DNA of 23,925 nucleotides from a virus (Duplodnaviria; Heunggongvirae; Uroviricota; Caudoviricetes): IMG/VR virus record IMGVR_UViG_2654587569_000016; one strand, 5' to 3'. Shown piece by piece: positions 8,014 to 16,197 of this stretch (position 1 is its first letter; each line of letters starts with the position of its first letter). The notes under the pieces were generated by a model. It saw only the letters and a program-made list of their open reading frames with translations, ran no database searches and was not told where the DNA came from. The position numbers and the translations under genes were made by a program.

Positions 8014-8376
8014 ATGGCTACAGTCCCAACTTCCCCATTCCTTAAAATCGAAGTCGTCAACGGCAAAGCTGTTATTTTCTCCCTGCATGTTGCCTGCCAC
8101 TTTAAGCGCATGCACCAGAACATCGTCGACAAAATCGAGTATCTGAACTGCTCGCGCGAATTTTTTACCCGCAACTTCATACCGGGTACTTACCACATCT
8201 ATGGTGACTCCCTGCGTGGTTATTACATCACCCTTGATGGCCTGATGATGCTTCAGCTTGGGTTAAGTCTACGCACAATGCGGTACTACGAGAGCTGCAT
8301 TGAAGCATTCCATGAGGCTGAAACCAGCCTGAATCACACTGCTTTTCGCCGTAATCAATGGGAGGTACGCCCATGA
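8014..8376 (+). CDS. Second Rha-like phage regulatory protein
   Basis: ATG at 8014 preceded by AAGGAGG at 8 nt; contains VVNGKAVIFSLHVACHFKRMHQNIVDKIEYL. The ORF track extends upstream to 7480, but that stretch is low-complexity and contains a terminator-like hairpin. Confidence 0.5.
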   Translation: MATVPTSPFLKIEVVNGKAVIFSLHVACHFKRMHQNIVDKIEYLNCSREFFTRNFIPGTYHIYGDSLRGYYITLDGLMMLQLGLSLRTMRYYESCIEAFHEAETSLNHTAFRRNQWEVRP

Positions 8377-8567
8377 TTAGTTACGAAATCATCATCTCCA
8401 CTGCGGAATACAGAAACGATGTATCAGTTCGCACGGATGTATCTGTCTGGCACCGTCGCTATAAATCCAGAAAAACGGCGGAACTGAAAGCGGCAGAGAT
8501 GTGTGAAACCATCTCAATGAAAGGTAGCCCGGTTAAATACGTAACTACGGCGGAGGTGCGTCCATGA
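8373..8567 (+). CDS. Hypothetical small protein (64 aa)
   Basis: ATG overlapping the upstream stop as ATGA; no recognisable domain. Confidence 0.45.
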   Translation: MISYEIIISTAEYRNDVSVRTDVSVWHRRYKSRKTAELKAAEMCETISMKGSPVKYVTTAEVRP

Positions 8568-8788
8568 TCCGCCACATCGTTAATTCCCTGTATCACCGAT
8601 ACAACCGTTGCCCCCGTGTGGGGCAGTGGTTCGCCACCAGCAACGGTCACGTTCTGCGGGTTTGCCTGGTCAGCACCGAAAGCCAGAAAGTTGTGTGTGA
8701 ATTACTGGGGCGTAACTACACCATTAGCTATCCGTTGATGGCGTTTCAGTCCGGAAAAATGTTTAAACGCCTGGGAGGTGCTCTATGA
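8564..8788 (+). CDS. Hypothetical small protein (74 aa)
   Basis: ATGA-coupled to both neighbours; cysteine-containing, no recognisable domain. Confidence 0.45.
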   Translation: MIRHIVNSLYHRYNRCPRVGQWFATSNGHVLRVCLVSTESQKVVCELLGRNYTISYPLMAFQSGKMFKRLGGAL

Positions 8789-9594
8789 GCATGGAGCTGA
8801 TGGTTAAAGCGATGAAAATTCGTGTGGGGAATCCATTGCGAAAACTGGTTCTGATTAAGCTGGCTGATAATGCCAGCGATCAGGGCGAGTGCTGGCCCAG
8901 CTATCAGCATATTGCTGATCAGTGCGAGATTAGCAAACGTTCTGTGATGAATCATATTACGGCTCTTTGTGAATCGGGACTGGTAAAAAAAGTTTCCCGG
9001 AAAGGTGAAAAAGGCAACTCGAGCAATATTTATCTTCTTCGTCTTGATGGTGCAAAAGATTCACCAGGTGGTAGTGCAAATAATTCACTACCTAGTGCAA
9101 CAAATTCACCAGGTGGTGCAGGAGTTGCACTAGGGGGTAGTGCAGGAGATTCACCCAGAACCAGTCACTCTTTTGAACCAGTCAAAGAACCAGTCAATGA
9201 ATCAACTATTGGCGCATCCGCTGACGCGTCTGCACCAGCGCGTTCTGCCCGACAGGAATATTCACCGGAATTTGAACAGGCCTGGCAGGAATATCCCAAA
9301 CGTGCCGGTGGCAATTCCAAGTCAGCAGCCTTCAAAGCCTGGAAAGCCCGTATCAGGGAGGGAATAAAACCGGAGACCATGCTTGATGGCGTGAAGCGGT
9401 ATGCCGCCTGGGTACGAGCTACCGGAAATATCGGCACACAGTTCGTGAAGCAGGCTGCGACGTTCTTTGGACCCGATCGTCACTTCGAGGAATCCTGGCA
9501 ACAGCCAGCCGCTCCCGGAGGTGGGCGAACTACCGGCCTCCCGATCTCGGGATTCAGTGAGCAGGACTACGGTTCAACGAACTTCAACTGGTGA
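8785..9594 (+). CDS. Replication initiator, lambda O-like (N-terminal HTH, internal origin iterons)
   Basis: 269 aa; GGAGG RBS; N-terminal winged-helix-like segment; the gene body carries direct repeats with dyad symmetry; followed by helicase loader and helicase genes. Confidence 0.7.
   Translation: MSMELMVKAMKIRVGNPLRKLVLIKLADNASDQGECWPSYQHIADQCEISKRSVMNHITALCESGLVKKVSRKGEKGNSSNIYLLRLDGAKDSPGGSANNSLPSATNSPGGAGVALGGSAGDSPRTSHSFEPVKEPVNESTIGASADASAPARSARQEYSPEFEQAWQEYPKRAGGNSKSAAFKAWKARIREGIKPETMLDGVKRYAAWVRATGNIGTQFVKQAATFFGPDRHFEESWQQPAAPGGGRTTGLPISGFSEQDYGSTNFNW
9058..9200. repeat. Origin-like iteron array inside the initiator gene
   Basis: Four to five roughly 21-22 bp repeats with core TTCACCAGGTGGTAGTGCA, including inverted repeats CACTA-CC-TAGTG and TGCACTA-N5-TAGTGCA; followed by three copies of GAACCAGTCA. 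Confidence 0.6.
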
Positions 9595-9613
9595 TTTTTC
9601 GAGGTGATGAACA

Positions 9614-10504
9614 ATGTTTGAACAGTTAAAAAAACACTACGCACAACACGACAAAGCGCAATTGCTCAACCGCAGGGCGGAACTGGAGGAGGAGATGCAG
9701 TTTGCCCGTGTCGGGAAGCGTCCGTGGCGCTGTGAACACTGGCTGACAAGCGAGGATACTGCTGAGTGTGAGAAACACGGGAAATACACACGTCTGGTGT
9801 TGAAAGGGCCAGATGTTCGTGGGGAAACCATCAAACGGGTGTCTGGTTGCCCGACCTGCATTGCGAATGAGCTGGATCAGGTACAGGAGGCGTTACGCAT
9901 CCTGAAAGTTCATGAATTACTCGACAGGGCTGGTATTGCCCGCCGCTTCCAGAACTGCGAGTTTGAGAATTATCAGGCGGTGAATGCTGACGCACAGAGA
10001 AATCTTGAGGCTTGTCGGCGCTATGCCGGTTCATGGGAGAAGTGTCTTGCTGCGGGTACCAGCATGGTCATGATTGGCAATTGTGGTACCGGGAAAAATC
10101 ATCTGGCTGTATCAATGGCAAAAAATATTATTCGCCACCACCAGGCGACCGTCGAAATTACGGATGTTATGCGACTGACCCGCGCTGTGAAAAATACCTG
10201 GCGCCACAATTCAGAGCGTACCGAGGATGAAGTTCTCGCTCATTTCGCCTCACTGGACCTGCTGATCATCGATGAGGTTGGTGTGCAGTTCGGCACGCCT
10301 ACAGAGATCACCATCCTGCAGGAAATCATAAATGCGCGTTACGAAAGCGTTTTACCGACAATTTTGATCAGCAACCTGACGTTTGAACAGCTTAAAGAAT
10401 CCATTGGTGAACGGATTGTGGATCGCGTTACTGATGGTGGGTGTAACTGCCTGGTGTTTGGTTGGGAAAGCTACCGTGCGCATATCAGAGGTGTGGCAGC
10501 ATGA
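9614..10504 (+). CDS. DnaC/IstB-like AAA+ helicase loader
   Basis: 296 aa; Walker A GNCGTGKNHLA and Walker B LLIIDEVG; cysteine-rich N-terminal segment; GAGGTG RBS. Confidence 0.85.
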   Translation: MFEQLKKHYAQHDKAQLLNRRAELEEEMQFARVGKRPWRCEHWLTSEDTAECEKHGKYTRLVLKGPDVRGETIKRVSGCPTCIANELDQVQEALRILKVHELLDRAGIARRFQNCEFENYQAVNADAQRNLEACRRYAGSWEKCLAAGTSMVMIGNCGTGKNHLAVSMAKNIIRHHQATVEITDVMRLTRAVKNTWRHNSERTEDEVLAHFASLDLLIIDEVGVQFGTPTEITILQEIINARYESVLPTILISNLTFEQLKESIGERIVDRVTDGGCNCLVFGWESYRAHIRGVAA

Positions 10505-11901
10505 CAAAACCGACAAATCCGGCATGGCGTAACGATGACCTGGAAGGTGCCGTGATTGGCGCGTTTTTTCTGCGTGGGGCTGATCCGGAAGTGATGGATA
10601 TTCTGGCCACGCTTCCGGCGGATGTCTTTTTCGTGCGTCAGTACAGGGATATTTACGCGGGGATTTGCAGACAGGCTCGCGTATCCGGCGTCATTGACCC
10701 CGTGCTGCTGTGCAATGAGATGCCGGAACTTGCCCCGGTGATTACCGACACCGGGCGTAAAACCTGGGTGAAGTCTTCACTGGAGCACTATGTTGCAGCG
10801 CTGCGGCGAAATGCCGCACTGCGCGATGCAGAAAAAACACTGACCGAAGCATTACAGAATTTACGTGATGCGCATACCTGTGAAGCAGCCGAGGATGCTC
10901 TGAAGGATGCGCAGAACATGATGGTCACACTGTCGACAGGAAAGGGCGTCATTCAGCCGGTTCACATTGATGATGTCCTTCCGGAAGTGGTCGACCGTGT
11001 TGAATGCCGCAATCAGGGACTGGAGAAATCCAGGGCGCTGATGACCGGTATTGATGAACTGGACGCAAAAACGGGCGGCATGGAGCCTGGCGACCTGGTA
11101 TTTATTGCGGCACGTCCTTCGATGGGCAAAACCGAACTGGCGCTGGATATCATCGACAAGGTGACTGAGCAGGGGCATGGTGTTCTTCTGTTCACAATGG
11201 AAATGGCGAACATCCAGATTGGTGAACGCATGGTATCTGCGGCTGGAGGAATGCCGGTATCACGCCTGAAATCTGTCACTCACTTTGAAGACGAAGACTG
11301 GGCACGTTTCTCACAAGGGGTGGGGCGGATGACCGGGCGCAATATCTGGATGGTGGACCAGGCGAACCTGACCATTGACGAGATATGCGCAACAACGAAA
11401 CACCACCTAATTAAACATCCGGAAACGGCGCTGGTGGTGGTTGATTATCTCGGACTGATAAAAACCCGAACCACGGGGCGTCATGATCTTGCCGTGGGTG
11501 AAATCTCAAAGGGGCTTAAAGGCCTGGCAAAATCCGGTGGTTTTCCGTTGATTGCGCTGAGCCAGCTCTCCCGCGGTGTGGAGTCCAGACCCAATAAACG
11601 CCCCATGAACTCAGACCTGAAAAATTCCGGAGAAATAGAGGCGGATGCAGACATCATTCTGATGCTTTACAGGGATGAAGTGTACAACCCGGATACGCAG
11701 GCCAGGGGCATCGCAGAAATCAATATCACGAAACAACGTAACGGTTCTCTGGGGACGATTTACCGGCGTTTTTATAACGGACATTTTCTGCCTGTGGACC
11801 AGGAAAGCGCACAGGTTCTTTCCACCCCAATGCAGCAGCCCCAGCCGCGCAGATACAGCAACAAACGAACTGACAGTAGTAAGATGGAGCGTTTCTTTTG
11901 A
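10501..11901 (+). CDS. DnaB-family replicative helicase
   Basis: About 466 aa from the ATG overlapping the loader stop; Walker A AARPSMGKTELAL and RecA-like C-terminal domain typical of DnaB helicases. Confidence 0.9.
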   Translation: MTKPTNPAWRNDDLEGAVIGAFFLRGADPEVMDILATLPADVFFVRQYRDIYAGICRQARVSGVIDPVLLCNEMPELAPVITDTGRKTWVKSSLEHYVAALRRNAALRDAEKTLTEALQNLRDAHTCEAAEDALKDAQNMMVTLSTGKGVIQPVHIDDVLPEVVDRVECRNQGLEKSRALMTGIDELDAKTGGMEPGDLVFIAARPSMGKTELALDIIDKVTEQGHGVLLFTMEMANIQIGERMVSAAGGMPVSRLKSVTHFEDEDWARFSQGVGRMTGRNIWMVDQANLTIDEICATTKHHLIKHPETALVVVDYLGLIKTRTTGRHDLAVGEISKGLKGLAKSGGFPLIALSQLSRGVESRPNKRPMNSDLKNSGEIEADADIILMLYRDEVYNPDTQARGIAEINITKQRNGSLGTIYRRFYNGHFLPVDQESAQVLSTPMQQPQPRRYSNKRTDSSKMERFF

Positions 11902-12155
11902 ACAACCAGACGATGACTTTTACCCCTGAACAATTACGTAAACAGGCACAGGAAATGTTGCGACAGGCGGAACAACTGGAAAAAACAGGTGTAACAAAAG
12001 ATGCCATTCGTCGGGATATGGTGCCGGCGCTCAGGGAACTGATGCAGGCGAAACACCGCGCACAAAAAGCAGTGGATGAGCTGGTGGATTGTGTGGCAGA
12101 GCTGGAAACCAAAGTTGGAAAGTTTGAAAAACTGGTGCAGGAGGTACTGCGCTGA
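11898..12155 (+). CDS. Hypothetical small helical protein
   Basis: Possible TTG start at 11898 overlapping the helicase stop with GGAG upstream; alternative ATG at 11913; charged, likely coiled-coil. Confidence 0.5.
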   Translation: MNNQTMTFTPEQLRKQAQEMLRQAEQLEKTGVTKDAIRRDMVPALRELMQAKHRAQKAVDELVDCVAELETKVGKFEKLVQEVLR

Positions 12156-12520
12156 TGCGTGATATTCAGATGGTTCTTGAGCGTTGGGGGGCATGGGTGG
12201 CAAATAACCACGAAGATGTTACTTGGTCGTCCATTGCTGCCGGATTTAAGGGGTTGATTCCGTCAAAGGTTAAATCACGCCCGCAATGTTGTGATGATGA
12301 CGCAATGGTTATCTGTGGTTGCATGGCTCGTCTGAAAAAGAACAACCGTGACTTGCATGATCTGCTCGTGGATTATTACGTTGGGGGAATGACTTTTATG
12401 GCGCTTGCAAGGAAACATGGACGTTCAGATTGCTGGGTTGGTCGTTTGTTGCAAAAAGCAGAGGGGATCGTGGCTGGTATGTTAATGATGTTGGATGTTA
12501 AACTAGAGATGGAATGTTAA
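12155..12520 (+). CDS. Late-gene antiterminator Q
   Basis: 121 aa beginning [14 protein letters not shown], which matches enterobacterial prophage Q antiterminators as I recall them; cysteine cluster ([12 protein letters not shown]); position after the replication module. Confidence 0.75.
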   Translation: MRDIQMVLERWGAWVANNHEDVTWSSIAAGFKGLIPSKVKSRPQCCDDDAMVICGCMARLKKNNRDLHDLLVDYYVGGMTFMALARKHGRSDCWVGRLLQKAEGIVAGMLMMLDVKLEMEC

Positions 12521-12687
12521 TTTAATTCACATAAATTTGTTTTCTTTATGAGGGGCGAATAACGTCCCTAAACTAGAATATTTTAGCTGTCTTTTTGTTT
12601 GGGCAGCATTAGGTTGTTGAGTGGTTTCTGCTATTAAAGCAATTATCCAAATGGTATAAAATATGAAGCTGGGTTATATACTAGCGC

Positions 12688-13875
12688 TTACTCCATGCTA
12701 AGTGAATCCTGATAGCGCTTAAATGCCTCTGCGAAAGCCAGAGCTGCATCAGCATTTGATACCATGTATTCTTCAGTTATGCCTGTTTTGGACTGGAAAT
12801 ATAACTTTCCATAAATGCAAATTGGAATTTGATAGTTATCTTTAAATCGTCGGTCTGGTGAGCCATCTTTATTTGTTTTTGCCCATGTATGTCCAGCTAT
12901 GCTGGCATCACTCGGAACACCATCCTCTTCATGGAACCCTTGATGCTGCGCATTAATTTGTAATACCCGTAAGTCAATCAGGGCAAATACCCCATCGGGG
13001 CGGGGAATTACAGCAATGCCGGGATAAAGTAATATATCGTCGCCATTGGCGTTTTCAAATCGCATTGCTCGTCCAGCAAAACGAATTAGATCTGTTGAAG
13101 CGAAATCAAATACAACTGGATGACGATCAACTGCTCGTGTAGCTAACGTCCTTTCTGCAAACTGATCTGTAGCTTTATCTGCGGTAATATCCCATTTTTT
13201 GATGCTTGATTTTAAAATATCGAAAGCACGAATCATTGCAGCATAAGCCCGTTGTGAGGAATCGTTATTTTCGAAATCAATGACGATTTTAGTGTTATCT
13301 TCCCAGGATACAAGACGAGATACTTCTGCTTGTGTTTGTGGTAGCGTTACTTCAAGTTCTGCAATGCGACGTTTATAAAACCATCGAAACAGGCTTGATT
13401 TACGTCGAGCCAATTCGCTCTTTTGTCTTGATTCTTCTACAAGAGCTTCTTGTAAGTCCGTTGCTATTTCCGTTCTCTGTTCTCGTGCTTTAACGATCAA
13501 GTCTCGTAAAGGTAAAAGAGATGTGCTTGTCAAGGCCTCTACTGAGGCACTAGAGATTTCATTCATGCCTGCTTGTGGCATGTACATTTTTGCATTTGAT
13601 GGAGTGTTGTCTGAAATTAACCCAAGTGTATGAACAGGAGATTCTATAGACGACGGATTTAGCGGAATGGTTGTGGATGGTTTATCTTTGTATGGTAAAT
13701 GAGGTGATGTATACGATAAACCAGAACCGGGTAACCCTACAGTTGCTTTAATTCCTTTTGGGTTAACATTAACTGTGGCTCCGGGAACACCAAAACTTGC
13801 GCTTACCCCATGTTTACCGATGTTAAGGCGCACTCCGGGGAAAATGGTAAAAGTTTGTCTGAAGCGAAGAGACAT
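12688..13875 (-). CDS. Protein of unknown function with N-terminal DUF4236-like glycine-rich segment
   Basis: 395 aa; N-terminus MSLRFRQTFTIFPGVRLNIGKHGVSASFGVPGATVNVNPKGIKATVGLPGSGLSYT; opposite strand to flanking phage genes; visibly AT-richer than neighbours (not computed). Confidence 0.75.
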   Translation of the reverse strand: MSLRFRQTFTIFPGVRLNIGKHGVSASFGVPGATVNVNPKGIKATVGLPGSGLSYTSPHLPYKDKPSTTIPLNPSSIESPVHTLGLISDNTPSNAKMYMPQAGMNEISSASVEALTSTSLLPLRDLIVKAREQRTEIATDLQEALVEESRQKSELARRKSSLFRWFYKRRIAELEVTLPQTQAEVSRLVSWEDNTKIVIDFENNDSSQRAYAAMIRAFDILKSSIKKWDITADKATDQFAERTLATRAVDRHPVVFDFASTDLIRFAGRAMRFENANGDDILLYPGIAVIPRPDGVFALIDLRVLQINAQHQGFHEEDGVPSDASIAGHTWAKTNKDGSPDRRFKDNYQIPICIYGKLYFQSKTGITEEYMVSNADAALAFAEAFKRYQDSLSME

Positions 13876-14068
13876 AAAATAATCCCTGTGTAGTAATGTC
13901 TAAAGTTACATTCCATACTGGCAATAATACTGCGATGAGACACGAGGCTCATTGAGGATTTTTGCATTTTGCTGACATAAATTCTATAGAAATTATGTTG
14001 ACAAACATTTTACAATCGTAAAAAAACAAATATGCTGTTAAGAGTGGTTACTTCGCCACACTGCTTAA

Positions 14069-14091
14069 ACCTGCCGCCTGGCGGGTTTTTT
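14069..14091 (+). terminator. Candidate intrinsic terminator
   Basis: Stem ACCTGCC/GGCGGGT (one G-U pair) with loop GCCT followed by a T-run; lies in the divergent intergenic region. Confidence 0.45.
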
Positions 14092-14214
14092 GCGCCCAAA
14101 AAGCGGCACAGGACGTTAAACGCGCTGGTGGTTGCGAATACCGGTCTTTCAGCTTGCTGGCTTTTTAGACAAGAGTTATTGGTATGTCACGTTAACCAGA
14201 AAAGGGAAAAAGAC

Positions 14215-14412
14215 ATGCTAAAACAGCAGGATATGACCGAAACTGCCAGAGTGGTGTTTAATGAGTTAAGCGTCACCGAACCGGCGACCGTCGGGGAAAT
14301 TGCGCAGAATACTTACCTTTCACGCGAGCGCTGCCAGTTAATACTGACCCAGCTTGTTATGGCGGGTCTGGCCGATTATCAGTTCGGTTGTTACAGACGC
14401 CTTCCTCAGTGA
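14215..14412 (+). CDS. Small winged-helix protein, PapI/FaeA-like
   Basis: 65 aa from the ATG at 14215; segment TVGEIAQNTYLSRERCQLILTQLVMAGLADY resembles PapI-type regulators. The longer ORF-track start would span the terminator hairpin. Confidence 0.5.
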   Translation: MLKQQDMTETARVVFNELSVTEPATVGEIAQNTYLSRERCQLILTQLVMAGLADYQFGCYRRLPQ

Positions 14413-14562
14413 AGGTTTTTTAATTTGTGGTAATGGGCGGCTGGTGGGTGTTAGCGGCACCTGCCAGCCATCTGCCCATGCGTTGGAATCACAAGCAAAC
14501 CTCAGGCCCATCTGCTTTGCGCAAAAGCGGTATGAGCCTATCAGAGAAGTGCTTATTGATCT

Positions 14563-15621
14563 ATGGTTAATACTGTAAAAATATCCAGTTGTGAGTTAAT
14601 CAACGCTGATTGCCTGGAATTTATCCAGACTTTACCGGAAAACTCTGTCGATCTGATAGTCACAGACCCGCCATACTTTAAAGTGAAGCCCGAGGGCTGG
14701 GATAACCAGTGGAAGGGCGACGATGATTACCTGCAATGGCTGGAGCAGTGTCTGGCGCAGTTCTGGCGGGTACTGAAGCCTGCCGGAAGTCTTTACCTGT
14801 TCTGTGGTCATCGCCTGGCATCTGACACCGAAATCATGATGCGTGAGCGCTTTAATGTGCTGAACCACATTATCTGGGCGAAGCCGTCCGGACGCTGGAA
14901 CGGGTGCAATAAGGAAAGTCTGCGGGCGTATTTTCCGGCAACAGAACGCATTCTGTTTGCAGAACATTATCAGGGACCGTATCGCCCGAAAGATGATGGC
15001 TATGTGGCACAGGAGCGCGAGCTAAAACAGCACGTCATGGCCCCGCTGATTTCTTACTTTCGTGATGCGCGTAAATCACTGGGAATAACGTCAAAACAGA
15101 TAGCGGAAGCCACCGGAAAGAAAAACATGGCTTCGCACTGGTTTGGTACCAGTCAGTGGCAGTTACCGAACGAGGGTAATTACAACAAATTGCAGGCGTT
15201 GTTTGCGCGTGTTGCGGCAGAAAAACATCAGCGCGGGGAACTGGAAAAGCCACACCACCAGCTGGTCAGCACATACAGTGAACTGAACCGTCAATACGCT
15301 AGCCTGCTGGAAGAGTTCAAATCTTTGCGACGTTATTTTTCCGTATCAGCTGCCGTTCCGTATACGGATGTCTGGACGCACAGGCCCGTGCAGTATTATC
15401 CGGGCAAACATCCCTGTGAAAAACCGGCGGATATGTTGCGGCAGATAATTGAGGCCAGCAGTCGCTCCGGTGATTTGGTTGCCGACTTTTTTATGGGTTC
15501 AGGTTCAACGGTAAAAGCGGCGATGGCACTGGGGCGTTGTGCGATTGGTGTTGAGCTGGAGACCGAACGTTTTGAGCAGACAGTCAGGGAAGTTCAGGAT
15601 TTAATCGTTTGGAACGGATGA
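14563..15621 (+). CDS. Beta-class N6-adenine (or N4-cytosine) DNA methyltransferase, apparently orphan
   Basis: 352 aa; catalytic motif DPPY near the N-terminus and AdoMet-binding FMGSGST near the C-terminus; no endonuclease recognised nearby. Confidence 0.85.
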   Translation: MVNTVKISSCELINADCLEFIQTLPENSVDLIVTDPPYFKVKPEGWDNQWKGDDDYLQWLEQCLAQFWRVLKPAGSLYLFCGHRLASDTEIMMRERFNVLNHIIWAKPSGRWNGCNKESLRAYFPATERILFAEHYQGPYRPKDDGYVAQERELKQHVMAPLISYFRDARKSLGITSKQIAEATGKKNMASHWFGTSQWQLPNEGNYNKLQALFARVAAEKHQRGELEKPHHQLVSTYSELNRQYASLLEEFKSLRRYFSVSAAVPYTDVWTHRPVQYYPGKHPCEKPADMLRQIIEASSRSGDLVADFFMGSGSTVKAAMALGRCAIGVELETERFEQTVREVQDLIVWNG

Positions 15622-15661
15622 GATTGCAGAATTAATTACGCGCCATTATTATTCTGCTCCC

Positions 15662-15737
15662 GGCCCTTTAGCTCAGTGGTGAGAGCGAGCGACTCATAAT
15701 CGCCAGGTCGCTGGTTCGAATCCAGCAAGGGCCACCA
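15662..15737 (+). tRNA. tRNA with CAU anticodon (Ile2/lysidine-like or Met)
   Basis: Hand-folded cloverleaf: 7-bp acceptor stem GGCCCTT/AAGGGCC, D-arm GCTC-AGTGGTGA-GAGC, anticodon loop CTCATAA, T-loop TTCGAAT, encoded CCA. Confidence 0.85.
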
Positions 15738-15738
15738 A

Positions 15739-15815
15739 CCGCCACTAGCTCATCGGGATAGAACGCCAGCCTTCGAAGCTGGTTTCGCGGGGTTCGAGTC
15801 CCCGATGGCGGTCCA
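15739..15815 (+). tRNA. tRNA-Arg (UCG anticodon), slightly degenerate
   Basis: Perfect anticodon stem CCAGC/GCTGG with loop CTTCGAA, T-arm CGGGG-TTCGAGT-CCCCG, encoded CCA; one mismatch each in acceptor and D stems. Confidence 0.55.
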
Positions 15816-15828
15816 TTACCGGTATTCT

Positions 15829-15905
15829 GCGTTGTTAGCTCAGCCGGACAGAGCAATTGCCTTCTAAGCAATCGGTCACTGGTTCGAATCCAGTACAACG
15901 CACCA
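15829..15905 (+). tRNA. tRNA-Arg (UCU anticodon)
   Basis: Acceptor GCGTTGT/ACAACGC, D-arm GCTC-AGCCGGACA-GAGC, anticodon stem ATTGC/GCAAT with loop CTTCTAA, T-loop TTCGAAT, encoded CCA. Confidence 0.85.
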
Positions 15906-16197
15906 CACTTATTTTCCCTCGCTCGCTTTTGCGGGCCTTTTTTGTATCCGCGCCACGCCCGGCGCATACCAACCACAGAGCCTTTCGGGGGTGAGCTTAC
16001 GGAGTGGTCAGTGTGACTTTCTCTGTGGGCAGATCGCTCCCGGGCGTTGGCTCCCCCACCCAAAGAAACGTCACGATGTTTGGTATTTTTGGTAAAAAGG
16101 CCCGCAGAGCGGCAACGGAAATTAAAAAGTTTTAAAAACGCGATCTGGCACAGGCGGTGATTAACGCCGCATACCTGGTGGCTTGTGCAGGTGGTGA

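Noticed and set aside
9058-9200. Possible CRISPR array
   Set aside because: The repeats are few, imperfect, contiguous without spacers and lie in frame inside the initiator gene; they are origin iterons.
9140-12211. Antisense and alternate-frame ORFs across the replication module (for example 9165-9437, 10861-11178, 11726-12211)
   Set aside because: They lie within strongly supported initiator, helicase and Q frames and lack start signals.
14032-14214. N-terminal 61 codons of the 126-aa ORF-track entry
   Set aside because: This stretch contains the terminator hairpin and T-run and has no RBS; the ATG at 14215 with an upstream purine-rich tract is the more plausible start.
15668-16063. 131-aa minus-strand ORF
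   Set aside because: It is antisense across all three tRNA genes and the GC-rich sequence after them; it is a frame artefact of structured RNA, not a gene.
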